NCBI GenBank assembly: GCA_042570925.1 | Contig: JBHPFX010000001.1 | Location: 1-50,396, forward strand | Source: Patescibacteria group bacterium | GTDB lineage: Bacteria > Patescibacteriota > Patescibacteriia > UBA10025 | Direction of reading: 5' to 3' | DNA: 50,396 bases | Shown here: positions 8,518 through 17,670 of the stretch, piece after piece | Layout: every line of letters begins with the position of its first letter | Position numbering within the stretch: position 1 is the stretch's first letter | Notes under the pieces: model-generated | The model's database searches: none | What the model was told of the DNA's origin: nothing | The model's input: only the letters and a program-made list of their open reading frames with translations | Position numbers and translations under genes: made by a program

Positions 8518-8899
8518 TTTTTTTGAAGGATTATGTATACTTACATAACATAGTCCTTAGACATTTCAACGGTCGTTGAGAGGGAGGGACCTGGTTTTGT
8601 GTAACGACAATAAGCGAGACAGTCATTATGCAAGACGTTTTCGATTAATGCTTCAAAGAGCGAAGGCAGCAATAACCTCTAAGACGCAGGCTCAAAACAG
8701 GGGAGGTGCCAATGTTCCGTTGCCGACACATCAGATCAAGAATCGTTAACCAGGAGCACGAGAACGTGACCTTTTCTGGTCTTTTCCCGGATTGGAGGTG
8801 ATCAATATCGACTGCAGGGCTTACCCCCCTGCCCTTCTGAGCCATGCATACGGAGCTCAGATTGTATAACGTAGAAAGGGGGATCATCTTCAACACAGA

Positions 8900-10120
8900 C
8901 TACCGACGCTGGTCCCGCAAAGCGGGATCAGCGTTTTTTTGTAGTATAAAAATCTCTCTTCCAACGATTTGGTCAGTGCGAAAGTAATGTAAAGACTTAT
9001 TTTCTCCCAATACCACTATCTGCAACGAAGTACCATTCAGGCATTTCTCTATATTGATATGTTGTTCTGATTCTTCTAGCTTAAAAAACGGGAGGGAGAT
9101 TACTGCTTTGCCTTGAGACTTCAAAATTCGTTCAAAAACAATAAATGTCTCATTATACAATAACTCAAGTTCAGCCATAATTCGGTGTAATTTTTCACTA
9201 CCAGGTTTTCGAAGTAACGGAGGGCCTAAATATGGCTCAGTAATTATTCCATCAACGCTTTCTTGATTAATTTCATCTGAAAGGGCTCGAATATCTTTCT
9301 GAAACAGTTTTACAGTGTTTTTTATTTCCTTTTGTTTGGCATACCAGTCAAGATTTCTTTGTGTATCCTTAATTGCCTTGTCACTTATGTCGGACCCGGT
9401 CAAATTTTGATATCCTGCCCGCAATGCCTCCTGCAAAATAGTTCCTGTTCCACAGAAGGGATCAATGATTACTGAATCCTTTTTTTGTTCAGCAAGGTTG
9501 ATCATTATTTGAGCAACTTTTGGCGGAAGAATTCCACGCTTAGTGTCTCGGGCAGGACGTCCATAATCCCGGTTACTGTATTCTTCAAAATCTTGGACGG
9601 TGAGCGTTTTTCCTATGTGTAATTTTTTTCCATCATTTAGAATAATTATTTCAGCACCTCGTTCAATGAGATGATTTTTCGTTACGACAACGCTTGAAAG
9701 AATACCCGTATCATTGATTACGAAACGAGCCGTAAATGCATTTGCATGTAACTCTTTTTTCGCTTGCATGCCAAGTCGTCTAATTTGTTTAATGAGCTGA
9801 TTATCTTTTTTTCCATAGATGCTTGCGCCAAAAGTAATTTTATCTTCACTCTGTGCAAAATATTTTCCCAAAAGATTATTAATATCAAAAATTGACGGCA
9901 ATTCACTAAACTGAATCGATTGATCTATTACAGCAATCTTCACGGTCCCCCCAAGACGAAATTGAAGTTCCGGAGCACGAAGCTCTTCAAGCGGGTCTAT
10001 CAGGAAGTAGTTGCCACCATCTTTGAATGTCCCCGAAACAACCGAATGAAGCTCGGCCAATGAGAGTTCGGGATGACTTCCTGGAATGAAGCAATAGTGG
10101 GGCATAAAGGTAGTATACAC
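8900..10120 (-). CDS. SAM-dependent RNA methyltransferase (UPF0020 / Trm11-RlmL-like fold)
   Basis: 406 aa with SAM motif I DPFCGTGTILQEA and a motif IV-like ITEPYLGPP. The track start is GTG; ATG at 10105 (MPHYCFIPG) is a likely alternative. Confidence 0.75.
   Translation of the reverse strand: MYTTFMPHYCFIPGSHPELSLAELHSVVSGTFKDGGNYFLIDPLEELRAPELQFRLGGTVKIAVIDQSIQFSELPSIFDINNLLGKYFAQSEDKITFGASIYGKKDNQLIKQIRRLGMQAKKELHANAFTARFVINDTGILSSVVVTKNHLIERGAEIIILNDGKKLHIGKTLTVQDFEEYSNRDYGRPARDTKRGILPPKVAQIMINLAEQKKDSVIIDPFCGTGTILQEALRAGYQNLTGSDISDKAIKDTQRNLDWYAKQKEIKNTVKLFQKDIRALSDEINQESVDGIITEPYLGPPLLRKPGSEKLHRIMAELELLYNETFIVFERILKSQGKAVISLPFFKLEESEQHINIEKCLNGTSLQIVVLGENKSLHYFRTDQIVGREIFILQKNADPALRDQRR
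8905..8939 (+). terminator. Strong intrinsic terminator on the plus strand
   Basis: 13-bp stem ACGCTGGTCCCGC-aaa-GCGGGATCAGCGT is followed by T7. It lies inside the last codons of the minus-strand ORF 8900-10120. Confidence 0.7.
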
Positions 10121-10244
10121 GTAAGATAGGGTTCTCTTGCAATAGACAGGATCCTATGATAGGCTAAGAATCGAAACATGAGTTAATAGACTCGGAAAGC
10201 GGTCTCTTTTTTTATCCATTCTCATCTAATATTAGCCAAAAATC

Positions 10245-10742
10245 ATGCAGCATTACGAGATGCTATTTATCCTCTCTTCAAGGCAGACACAAGAGGAATT
10301 AGAGTCAAAAATCCAAGAGATTTTTCAGATTGTTGAAAAACTGGGCGGTAATCTAACGAAAAAGGAAGTTTTCTCAAAACAGCGCTTTGCCTATCCTATA
10401 AAGAAAGAAGAGCAGGGTGTCTACATCATCAGCGAGTTTGACATTGATCCGGAAAAACTTCAACCGATTGATCAAGAATTGAGACATACGCCCGGCATTC
10501 TTAGACATCAAATAGTCAGCGTGCAGGTAAAATCACCCGAACGCATAGAAGCTGAACGAGCCTTGAAAGAAAAGGTTGCTACCAAACGAGCAACTGATGC
10601 CCAAAAGAAAAAGCAAGAAGAGATTTCTAAAGAAGTTAAGAAAGCTGAAGAGCTGCCAGAAAAGAAAGATGAGAAGATTAACGTCGATGAACTCGATAAA
10701 AAACTCGAGGAATTACTCGATGACCCATTATTAAAAGAATAA
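10245..10742 (+). CDS. rpsF: 30S ribosomal protein S6 with long Lys/Glu-rich C-terminal extension
   Basis: The N-terminus MQHYEMLFIL...RFAYPI is S6-like, and the gene sits in the classic rpsF-ssb-rpsR order. Confidence 0.9.
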   Translation: MQHYEMLFILSSRQTQEELESKIQEIFQIVEKLGGNLTKKEVFSKQRFAYPIKKEEQGVYIISEFDIDPEKLQPIDQELRHTPGILRHQIVSVQVKSPERIEAERALKEKVATKRATDAQKKKQEEISKEVKKAEELPEKKDEKINVDELDKKLEELLDDPLLKE

Positions 10743-10746
10743 TTTT

Positions 10747-11175
10747 ATGGCAATGGATCTTAACAAAGTTATGATGATCGGGAATGTCACGCGGGACCCT
10801 GAAACGCGTACTACTCCCTCTGGCATTAACGTTGCCTCTTTTGGCGTTGCAACTAATTTGACCTGGAAGGACAAAGAAGGACAACAGCAGCGACGAGCCG
10901 AGTTTCACAATATCGTTGCCTGGCGGAAACTTTCAGACATCGTTTCCCAATATGTAAAAAAAGGAAGCCGAATTTACGTAGAAGGTAAATTGCAGACTCG
11001 TTCATGGGACGATCAAAGCGGAACCAAGCGATATCGAACTGAGATAGTTGCTGATAATGTTATTCTTCTCGATAAAAAGGGTGATAATGTGGGGTCCCAA
11101 GCCGGGGGCACTCCTGAAGCTCCGCCGGATCAGGGCAAAGAGCCGGAAATTAACGTTGAAGATATTCCATTTTAA
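10747..11175 (+). CDS. ssb: Single-stranded DNA-binding protein
   Basis: 142 aa with an OB-fold start (LNKVMMIGNVTRDPE...FHNIVAW) and an acidic C-terminal tip ending DIPF. Confidence 0.95.
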   Translation: MAMDLNKVMMIGNVTRDPETRTTPSGINVASFGVATNLTWKDKEGQQQRRAEFHNIVAWRKLSDIVSQYVKKGSRIYVEGKLQTRSWDDQSGTKRYRTEIVADNVILLDKKGDNVGSQAGGTPEAPPDQGKEPEINVEDIPF

Positions 11176-11178
11176 CCT

Positions 11179-11409
11179 ATGATGAGACAACGTAAACAAC
11201 AAGAGCGATCCAAGATTTGTCATTTTTGCGTTAATGCAATTACGGACATTGATTATAAAGATGCCCGATCGATGAGGAAATTTCTTTCTTCGTACGCCAA
11301 GATTCTTCCTCGTAAAAAGACTGGCACCTGTGCGAAACACCAACGCAAGCTTGCCCGGGCGGTAAAACGTGCACGTGAGCTATCGTTAGTTCCATTTACA
11401 ACTCGGTAA
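11179..11409 (+). CDS. rpsR: 30S ribosomal protein S18
   Basis: 76 aa with CHFC...IDYKD...LSSY.KILPRKKTG...KHQRKLARAVKRAR. Confidence 0.95.
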   Translation: MMRQRKQQERSKICHFCVNAITDIDYKDARSMRKFLSSYAKILPRKKTGTCAKHQRKLARAVKRARELSLVPFTTR

Positions 11410-11417
11410 GATCGCAT

Positions 11418-11978
11418 ATGGCGACAACGAGCAATGTTAGACAGGGCTTTTACCTCGTATACAACGGTGAGCCCTATGTTGTGGTAGGGACTGACTTCAT
11501 GAAAAAGGCACAAAGTACCGGCATGTTACGCACAACTATACGCAATATGTTAAACGGGAAGGTGCTCAAAATAACGCTTCGAAGCGGGGAGACAGTTGAG
11601 GCAGCAGATATTTCGAGAGGAAAGGCTACGTATCTGTATGAGGACGAGACAAATTGTCATTTCATGGATTCCAAAAGTTTCGAACAGTTTTTTCTTTCCA
11701 TAGAATCCATTGGTGATAAAAAGGATTTCCTGAAAGAAAATCAGGAAGTCGATGTATTGCTTTATAATGATAATCCGGTTGCTATCGATTTGCCGAAAAA
11801 ACTTGTTTTAACGGTAACGGAAACTGAGCCGGCCACTCGGGGTGATACGGCTCAGGGATCTGTCATGAAGCCTGCAACACTTGAAACGGGTATGGAAATT
11901 CAGGTTCCGCTTTTTGTGAAGAAGGACGACAAAATACGCATCAACACCGATACAAGGCAGTACGTTGAGCGCGCGTAA
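11418..11978 (+). CDS. efp: Elongation factor P
   Basis: 186 aa with an EF-P three-domain-like sequence (FMD..SFEQ, KPATLETG..IQVP.F). Confidence 0.93.
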   Translation: MATTSNVRQGFYLVYNGEPYVVVGTDFMKKAQSTGMLRTTIRNMLNGKVLKITLRSGETVEAADISRGKATYLYEDETNCHFMDSKSFEQFFLSIESIGDKKDFLKENQEVDVLLYNDNPVAIDLPKKLVLTVTETEPATRGDTAQGSVMKPATLETGMEIQVPLFVKKDDKIRINTDTRQYVERA

Positions 11979-11981
11979 CAT

Positions 11982-12962
11982 TTATACCAAACCCACTTTC
12001 TCCTTAATTTCCTGAAGGTTTTTTTGCGCTATCTTGCGAGCTCTCTCACTTCCTTCTTGAAGAGTTTTAATGACTTTTTCGGGATGTTTTGCGAGTGACT
12101 CACGCTTTTTTCTGAATTCTGCGAAATAGTCTGCAATATCTGTTGCGAGTGTTTCTTTTACTTCTGAGTAGCGAATTGTTTTGTCGTGGTATGCTTTATC
12201 AAACTTTTCTCGAGTCTCGACTTTTGAAAAGAGATTCAACAGCTGAAAGAGGTTTGCGACACCGGGCCGTTTTGGTTCTGTAGCGTTATTCCCTGTATCA
12301 GTTACCGCAGATGACAGTTTCTTTTTTATTACTTCCGGCGAATCAGCTAGTGCGATGTAATGGTTTGTTCCTCTTGACTTGGACATTTTCATCATTGGAT
12401 CAACTAAGCTCATAATACGTGCACCAGGTCCAGATATCATTTCAGGCTCTGGAAATGTCTCACCATATCGGTTATTAAATGCTCGAGCTATTTCGCGCAT
12501 TAATTCTATATGCGCAGTCTGATCTTCTCCAACGGGGACAGCCTGAGCTTTGTACAACAGTACATCAGCAGCCATGAGCACCGGGTAGTCGAGCAATCCC
12601 ATATTAATATTCTTAGCAAATTGCTGGGATTTATCTTTGAACGTTGGAACCCGCTCAAGCCATGACTTGGGAGTAATGCAGTTAAAAATCCAAGTGAGAT
12701 CCGTGTGCTCCGAGACCTGGGACTGCACCATCACAATTGATTTTTTTTGATCGATACCAGCGGCAAAGTAGTCAATGGCCGTTTCTACAATATTTTGTCT
12801 AAGCACTTCCGGTTTAATTCCTTCCGTAAGTGCGTGCATGTCGTAAATGCCAAAAACGCACTGATGTGTTTTTTGGAGCTGAAGCCAGTTTTTTATCGCA
12901 CCAAGATAGTTGCCAATGTGGAGTTGGCCTGATGGCTGCATACCTGATACAAGTCGTTTCAT
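11982..12962 (-). CDS. trpS: Tryptophan--tRNA ligase
   Basis: 326 aa, class I aaRS with the HIGN variant of HIGH (GQLHIGNYLGA) and KMSKS. Confidence 0.95.
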   Translation of the reverse strand: MKRLVSGMQPSGQLHIGNYLGAIKNWLQLQKTHQCVFGIYDMHALTEGIKPEVLRQNIVETAIDYFAAGIDQKKSIVMVQSQVSEHTDLTWIFNCITPKSWLERVPTFKDKSQQFAKNINMGLLDYPVLMAADVLLYKAQAVPVGEDQTAHIELMREIARAFNNRYGETFPEPEMISGPGARIMSLVDPMMKMSKSRGTNHYIALADSPEVIKKKLSSAVTDTGNNATEPKRPGVANLFQLLNLFSKVETREKFDKAYHDKTIRYSEVKETLATDIADYFAEFRKKRESLAKHPEKVIKTLQEGSERARKIAQKNLQEIKEKVGLV

Positions 12963-13042
12963 ATAAGCATATTATCATATTTACCCATAGAAGTCAGGCC
13001 CGGCTTAGTTAAAGTCGGGCCTCTTATAGTAGACGGAATCGT

Positions 13043-13360
13043 TTATCCGCACTCTTCTCCTGATCGCGGTATTTCGACCAGAGAGACTGAAGGTGTAAAA
13101 TCTGAAGGGGGTTTACCTGTGTCAGGTGTCGGAAGCGTAAACTGAAGTCCACGATCGGCAGCTGCCCCGACCATCGATCCGATTAGCTGGCCGAGATGTT
13201 TAGGATTCAGTGGAACACGCTTTATCCCCCCACAGTTGGTACAAGTGCCTGGAACACTCAACAACGACGTTCCATCAGGGACAGTGAACCCTTCATTTGG
13301 TAATATGATGGTGGTTGTTTCCTTACCCTGATGGGTACATTTGGTTTGTTGCTCTGCCAT
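13043..13360 (-). CDS. Hypothetical protein (105 aa), GC-rich orphan
   Basis: SD GGGGAGGGA lies 3 nt upstream of the ATG. Hand-counted GC is 48-57%, against ~33% in the flanks. No recognisable domain; there are 4 Cys (C8, CTNC, C104). Confidence 0.5.
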   Translation of the reverse strand: MAEQQTKCTHQGKETTTIILPNEGFTVPDGTSLLSVPGTCTNCGGIKRVPLNPKHLGQLIGSMVGAAADRGLQFTLPTPDTGKPPSDFTPSVSLVEIPRSGEECG

Positions 13361-13407
13361 AGTCCCTCCCCGAGTGTAAAGATCCCTGTTTGTTAATTAA
13401 GTCACCA

Positions 13408-13438
13408 TATCAAAACCGGCCTGAGAGTCAAGCCGGTT
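13408..13438 (-). terminator. Weak intrinsic terminator after rnj
   Basis: Minus strand reads AACCGGC-ttgactctcag-GCCGGTT followed by TTGATA. The T-run is short. Confidence 0.35.
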
Positions 13439-13449
13439 GTTTATTGATT

Positions 13450-15165
13450 CTAAACTTCGATAACCACTGGCATCACCATTGGACGCCGCTGTGTCTTCGT
13501 AAAAAGAAACTGACCGATCTGGTCCCGAATCTTGTTTGTGATATATCGCTTATCAGCTTTTGCACGAGGCTCCTGATCTTTCAGAATATTTTTCACTTTC
13601 TTTTTTACCTGATCGACCAGCTGCTTACTATGCTTCATATACACAAATCCCCGAGATATAATGTCTGGTTCACCGACAATGTTTCCAGTTTCATCATCGA
13701 TATTCACGATAATGACAAACATTCCTTCATCAGCAAGCTGCTGCCGATCCCGGAGCACGACGTTTGATACATCTCCGATGCCTAAGCCGTCAACAAACAC
13801 ATAGTCAGATGGGACTTTCTTAGGAAGTATTCTTGGTTTTCCCTGGTTATGCTCGAGAATTGATCCGTTATCAAGTATAAAGATATTATCTTTTGGGAAC
13901 CCATGACGCACGACAAGTTTTTCAGCTTCTTTATGGAAAAAATGGTTCGCATATACTGGCAGGAAATACGTCGGCTTTACTTGTTTTACTACTTCTACAA
14001 TATCCATCGGATCACTGTGTCCGCCAGAATGGACATCTACAATGTCGCTGTGAATCACATTATCTGAAAGCCGGTAGAGATTGTCTTTAAGACGCTGAAT
14101 GCTTCGTTCATTTCCCGGAATGACTGACGATGAGAAAATGATCGTGTCAGGCTTCTTGATTTTAATAAAACGATGATTGCCATTGATGATTCTCGAGAGC
14201 ACGGCATTTGATTCACCCTGAGCACCGGTGCATATGACGACAACTCTGTTATCCGGGTATTTATTAACCTTATCAACGGTGATCAATAAATCCTGTTTTA
14301 CTTTAATATACCCAAGCTCCATCGCTACTTTCACATTCACCTTCATACTGTAGCCATCGAGAGCAACTTTTTTCCCGATCTTACTGGCGTATTCAAGAAT
14401 AAGCTTTATTCTTTCAACTTGGGAGGAGAATGTGCCGATGATCACTCGTCCCGGTGCCTCACGAATGAGTCGATTTAAATTCTGATGCATGACTCTTTCA
14501 GGAACACGCTCTTTTTTTTCTACAGATCCCAGACTTTCAAGCATAAGAAACGTTGGCTTGGGAAGTTTCGATAGGGAATGATACGATAATGGGCTTCTTA
14601 CGATTGGATCTCTTTCATATGTCCAATCACCAGGATGAATAACTGTTCCTTTTGGAGTTTCCAGTATTACACCCATTGCATCCATGATGGAGTGATCAAC
14701 GGGGAAGAAACGAATATTAAACCTTCCAAGTCGGTATGAATTCTGTACTGATTTGACGGTAATAATTTTTAAATGTTTCGCAGACCCCTTCTTATAATCT
14801 TCCGCTCTGTTTTTTATCAAAGCAAGTGTGAGCGGACGGCCGATAATCATAGGGTTGCCAAGCTTTTCGAGCAAGATAGGTGCTGCACCGATATGATCGA
14901 GATGACCGTGACTAAACACAACTCCTCGGATATTCTTTTCTTTTCCCCGAAGATAGGAAATATTCGGGATAATATAATCAACTCCCGGCATATCTTCTTC
15001 TGGAAACTGCAGGCCCATGTCGATAATCACAATATCTTTCCCATACTCAAAAATTGTCATGTTGCGACCGACTTCTTCCTGGCCTCCTAAAGGGATGATT
15101 TTTAATGCTTCACCGCCTTGGATTTGTTGTCCCTGACCGTGCTTCTTTCTATTTCTTTTTGTCAT
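13450..15165 (-). CDS. rnj: Ribonuclease J (metallo-beta-lactamase / beta-CASP)
   Basis: 571 aa with HGHLDHIG and the typical RNase J layout and length. Confidence 0.93.
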   Translation of the reverse strand: MTKRNRKKHGQGQQIQGGEALKIIPLGGQEEVGRNMTIFEYGKDIVIIDMGLQFPEEDMPGVDYIIPNISYLRGKEKNIRGVVFSHGHLDHIGAAPILLEKLGNPMIIGRPLTLALIKNRAEDYKKGSAKHLKIITVKSVQNSYRLGRFNIRFFPVDHSIMDAMGVILETPKGTVIHPGDWTYERDPIVRSPLSYHSLSKLPKPTFLMLESLGSVEKKERVPERVMHQNLNRLIREAPGRVIIGTFSSQVERIKLILEYASKIGKKVALDGYSMKVNVKVAMELGYIKVKQDLLITVDKVNKYPDNRVVVICTGAQGESNAVLSRIINGNHRFIKIKKPDTIIFSSSVIPGNERSIQRLKDNLYRLSDNVIHSDIVDVHSGGHSDPMDIVEVVKQVKPTYFLPVYANHFFHKEAEKLVVRHGFPKDNIFILDNGSILEHNQGKPRILPKKVPSDYVFVDGLGIGDVSNVVLRDRQQLADEGMFVIIVNIDDETGNIVGEPDIISRGFVYMKHSKQLVDQVKKKVKNILKDQEPRAKADKRYITNKIRDQIGQFLFTKTQRRPMVMPVVIEV

Positions 15166-15182
15166 ATTTTCAATAATTATTT

Positions 15183-15269
15183 TGGTGCCCTGGGGGAGAG
15201 TCGAACTCCCACGACCTTGCGGTCATAGCGCCCTGAACGCTACGTGTCTGCCAATTCCACCACCAGGGC
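15183..15269 (-). tRNA. tRNA-Leu (anticodon CAG), CCA encoded
   Basis: Hand-folded cloverleaf: acceptor GCCCTGG/CCAGGGC, anticodon arm TAGCG-TTCAGGG-CGCTA, long variable arm (GACC/GGTC), T-arm GGGAG-TTCGACT-CTCCC. Confidence 0.9.
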
Positions 15270-15336
15270 TTACTATTGGAGATGCGTCTGCCAATGGAGT
15301 TTATCCGGCCGCATGGCGGGACCACTCCGGCAGAGG

Positions 15337-17142
15337 TTAATTCCACTCCCGCCTTGTTTTAATATACCATTCTGTAATGCCATTGAAACGATCAGCCGGA
15401 ACGGTGATACGGCTCGTTTCTATTCCCTTCACCTTTTCATATGAAGCGTATGTATAGCTTGGATTGTACAGGAAGATAGTCGGTAAGTCTTCCATGAGGA
15501 GATTCTGAAATTCAATATATTTTGTTGATCGCTCTTCAGCATTATTGGTTTTACGTGCATCTTCAAGTAACGTGTCTACTTCCTTGTTAAAATAGCTGGG
15601 CAAATTAAGTCCATCACCAAGTGATTGCGAGGAATGCCAGAAGGGGAATGGATCAGGATCAAATCCGATGAGCTCTCCATACAAAAGAGCTTCATAGTTC
15701 TTTTGTCGCAGAATTTCCCTTTCAAAACGACTTGGCTCCACAATATTCAATTCCACTTCGATATTGAGCACCTTCCAATACTCTTGAAGCAGTTCGGCCG
15801 TTTTTACATATTCAGACTGATTTACTGTTGTTAACGTAAACCGAAGCTCCTGATCGCCTTTTTTTCGCACTGTTTCACCCTCAAGAAAAGCCCATCCGGC
15901 ATCATCGAGCAATTTCTTGGCTGCAGCTACGTCATAGTCAAACTTTTTAATATCTTTATGATACCCGAGGAATCCTTGTGGGATTGGTCCATGAGCGACT
16001 ACGCCGTCTCCACCGAGTACTTCAGTGAGCAGTTTCTCCTTATCAATTCCAAGTGCTAATGCTTCTTTTAACGCATGGTCTTTTAATAAATCATTTTTCT
16101 GATAGAAGAAGATCGCGGTGTATTGGGGGAGCTGGAAGGCATTTAATACCAAGTCATCATTACCAGCTAACTCTGATTCATAACTTCGAGGTACAAAACT
16201 TATACTATCGACGTTTCTGTTTTTAGCCGCATCGATGGCTGTCTGAAAGTCGGGGAATAGTTTAAATGTGATTTTGGAAATATACGGCTGCTTGTCGTGA
16301 TAGTGAGGATTTGCAGATACTGTGTATGACTTAATATCTCCTGCACGGTTTTTTTGCAGGGAACTGAATTGGTATGGACCGTTACCTACTGGTCGGATAT
16401 TGAATTCAGCTAAACCGAGATTTGACGGCAAGACATCACCCCAGATGTGAACTGGCAGAATGCCGAACGTCAGTGTGGAAAGAAATGGAGCAAAAGGCTC
16501 ATCAAGAGTGAAGCGGATTGTGAGATCATCCACCAGTTCAACAGTTACCCCCCGCAGACTGGAAGCAAGCGGACTCGAGACATCAGGATCTTGAATTGTT
16601 TCCACGGTAAATAGTACATCGTTTGCGGTAATTGGCTGTTCATCACTCCATAGGAGATCTGGCAGGAGCTTTAATGTATAACTCTTTTGATCCTCACTAA
16701 TTTCAAAACGTTCTGCGAGGTCTGGAACAATTTCCATCTGATCATTAAATCTCAAAAGTCCGGAATACATTAATCGAGCAAGATCATTGTCGGTGTCACT
16801 ATCTTGTGCGAGAACAGGATTAATGAATTTTGGCTGGCCGATAAGTGCTTCGACATATTCTCCGCCCGTATCAGGAAGGATTTCAATGTGGCGCTGGTAA
16901 TATCTCACTCCGACAAATACTAATGCGACCACCACTAACAAAACAAGCGCACGAATAACACTACGCTCTTTATGTTCAAGATATTTTGGCAAATAGCTTA
17001 GCTGAGAAAAAGAAGGGAGTCGCGACTTTGCTAAAGAAAAAACAATTTTTTTCTCAACATTCCCGCGTCCCTCGAGCTTGAGAGAATGTGACTTCTTTTT
17101 GAATATACGCGTGATACGACTCAGCGTAAAAAATCGTTTCAC
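15337..17142 (-). CDS. ABC-transporter substrate-binding protein, family 5 (peptide/nickel type), N-terminally membrane anchored
   Basis: 601 aa with N-terminal TM ALVLLVVVALVFVGV. Length and sequence style are DppA/OppA-like. No permease or ATPase genes lie nearby. Confidence 0.8.
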   Translation of the reverse strand: MKRFFTLSRITRIFKKKSHSLKLEGRGNVEKKIVFSLAKSRLPSFSQLSYLPKYLEHKERSVIRALVLLVVVALVFVGVRYYQRHIEILPDTGGEYVEALIGQPKFINPVLAQDSDTDNDLARLMYSGLLRFNDQMEIVPDLAERFEISEDQKSYTLKLLPDLLWSDEQPITANDVLFTVETIQDPDVSSPLASSLRGVTVELVDDLTIRFTLDEPFAPFLSTLTFGILPVHIWGDVLPSNLGLAEFNIRPVGNGPYQFSSLQKNRAGDIKSYTVSANPHYHDKQPYISKITFKLFPDFQTAIDAAKNRNVDSISFVPRSYESELAGNDDLVLNAFQLPQYTAIFFYQKNDLLKDHALKEALALGIDKEKLLTEVLGGDGVVAHGPIPQGFLGYHKDIKKFDYDVAAAKKLLDDAGWAFLEGETVRKKGDQELRFTLTTVNQSEYVKTAELLQEYWKVLNIEVELNIVEPSRFEREILRQKNYEALLYGELIGFDPDPFPFWHSSQSLGDGLNLPSYFNKEVDTLLEDARKTNNAEERSTKYIEFQNLLMEDLPTIFLYNPSYTYASYEKVKGIETSRITVPADRFNGITEWYIKTRREWN

Positions 17143-17167
17143 AATATGTGACCGGTGTTAGAGATAA

Positions 17168-17395
17168 TTATATTAAAATGTTCACCAGTGCAACACCCAT
17201 GAAGAGGATGCTCAGCACAATTGTGGCAATGAATAGAAAGCGCTCTGTTCCGCGCTTTGTGGTATATGCGTTTCCTTCTCCACCTCCGCCTCCGCCGAAA
17301 ATGGAACCTGCGCTTGAACCTCTATTCTGTAACAATACAAAGGCAATAAGAAGTGCTGCAATAACGATCTGGGAAATATTGAGGATAGTATCCAT
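17168..17395 (-). CDS. secG: Preprotein translocase subunit SecG
   Basis: 75 aa with two TMs and the typical LLQ..G.....GGGGG loop. Confidence 0.85.
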   Translation of the reverse strand: MDTILNISQIVIAALLIAFVLLQNRGSSAGSIFGGGGGGEGNAYTTKRGTERFLFIATIVLSILFMGVALVNILI

Positions 17396-17502
17396 ACTGT
17401 ACGTTATGTTTTTATGGTAAGTGAATACAAAAAAGCTGAAATAAATGTAGATCCACCCTACCAGAGAGGGGTGTGTTTGTCAACTCTGAGCAAATAATGA
17501 AG

Positions 17503-17670
17503 TCATACCCGCTTTTTTCTACCTGATGCTCTTTTTGAACGCTTCATAAGTTTTTGCAGCGTAAAAACTCCTTTTCCAGAAATCTTCATTTTTGGCTTCC
17601 TTTTGCGGTTTCTACGGGCTGCTTTGTCTTCGAGCTTTTTCTCGAGTGTAGCTGGCTCATTGTTTTTCAT
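17503..17670 (-). CDS. Small very basic protein (55 aa), translationally coupled to uvrC
   Basis: Not in the ORF track. Its ATG overlaps the uvrC TGA (ATGA). Translation is MKNNEPATLEKKLEDKAARRNRKRKPKMKISGKGVFTLQKLMKRSKRASGRKKRV. Confidence 0.4.
   Translation of the reverse strand: MKNNEPATLEKKLEDKAARRNRKRKPKMKISGKGVFTLQKLMKRSKRASGRKKRV

Noticed and set aside
8645-8896. 83-aa minus-strand ORF, and RNase P RNA, tmRNA or SRP RNA as the identity of the 8.5-8.9 kb gap
   Set aside because: The ORF has no SD or protein-like features. The diagnostic RNA motifs (GGAAAGUCC, GGUUCGA T-loop with acceptor end, GGAAGCAG) are absent on both strands, so only an unclassified candidate is reported.
12985-13030. 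Hairpin AGGCCCG...CGGGCCT between trpS and the 105-aa gene as a terminator
   Set aside because: No adequate T-run follows on either strand. It is left unannotated.
15270-15336. GC-rich imperfect hairpin (TCTGCC-aat-GGAGT...ACTCC-GGCAGA) between tRNA-Leu and the solute-binding-protein gene; considered as a small SRP RNA or tRNA-like element
   Set aside because: It has no SRP domain IV motifs and no cloverleaf. It most likely acts as a plain transcription stop or processing hairpin, and there is too little evidence to call it.
17148-17420. 90-aa plus-strand ORF
   Set aside because: It is antisense to secG. The poly-Pro stretch is the complement of the SecG poly-Gly loop.
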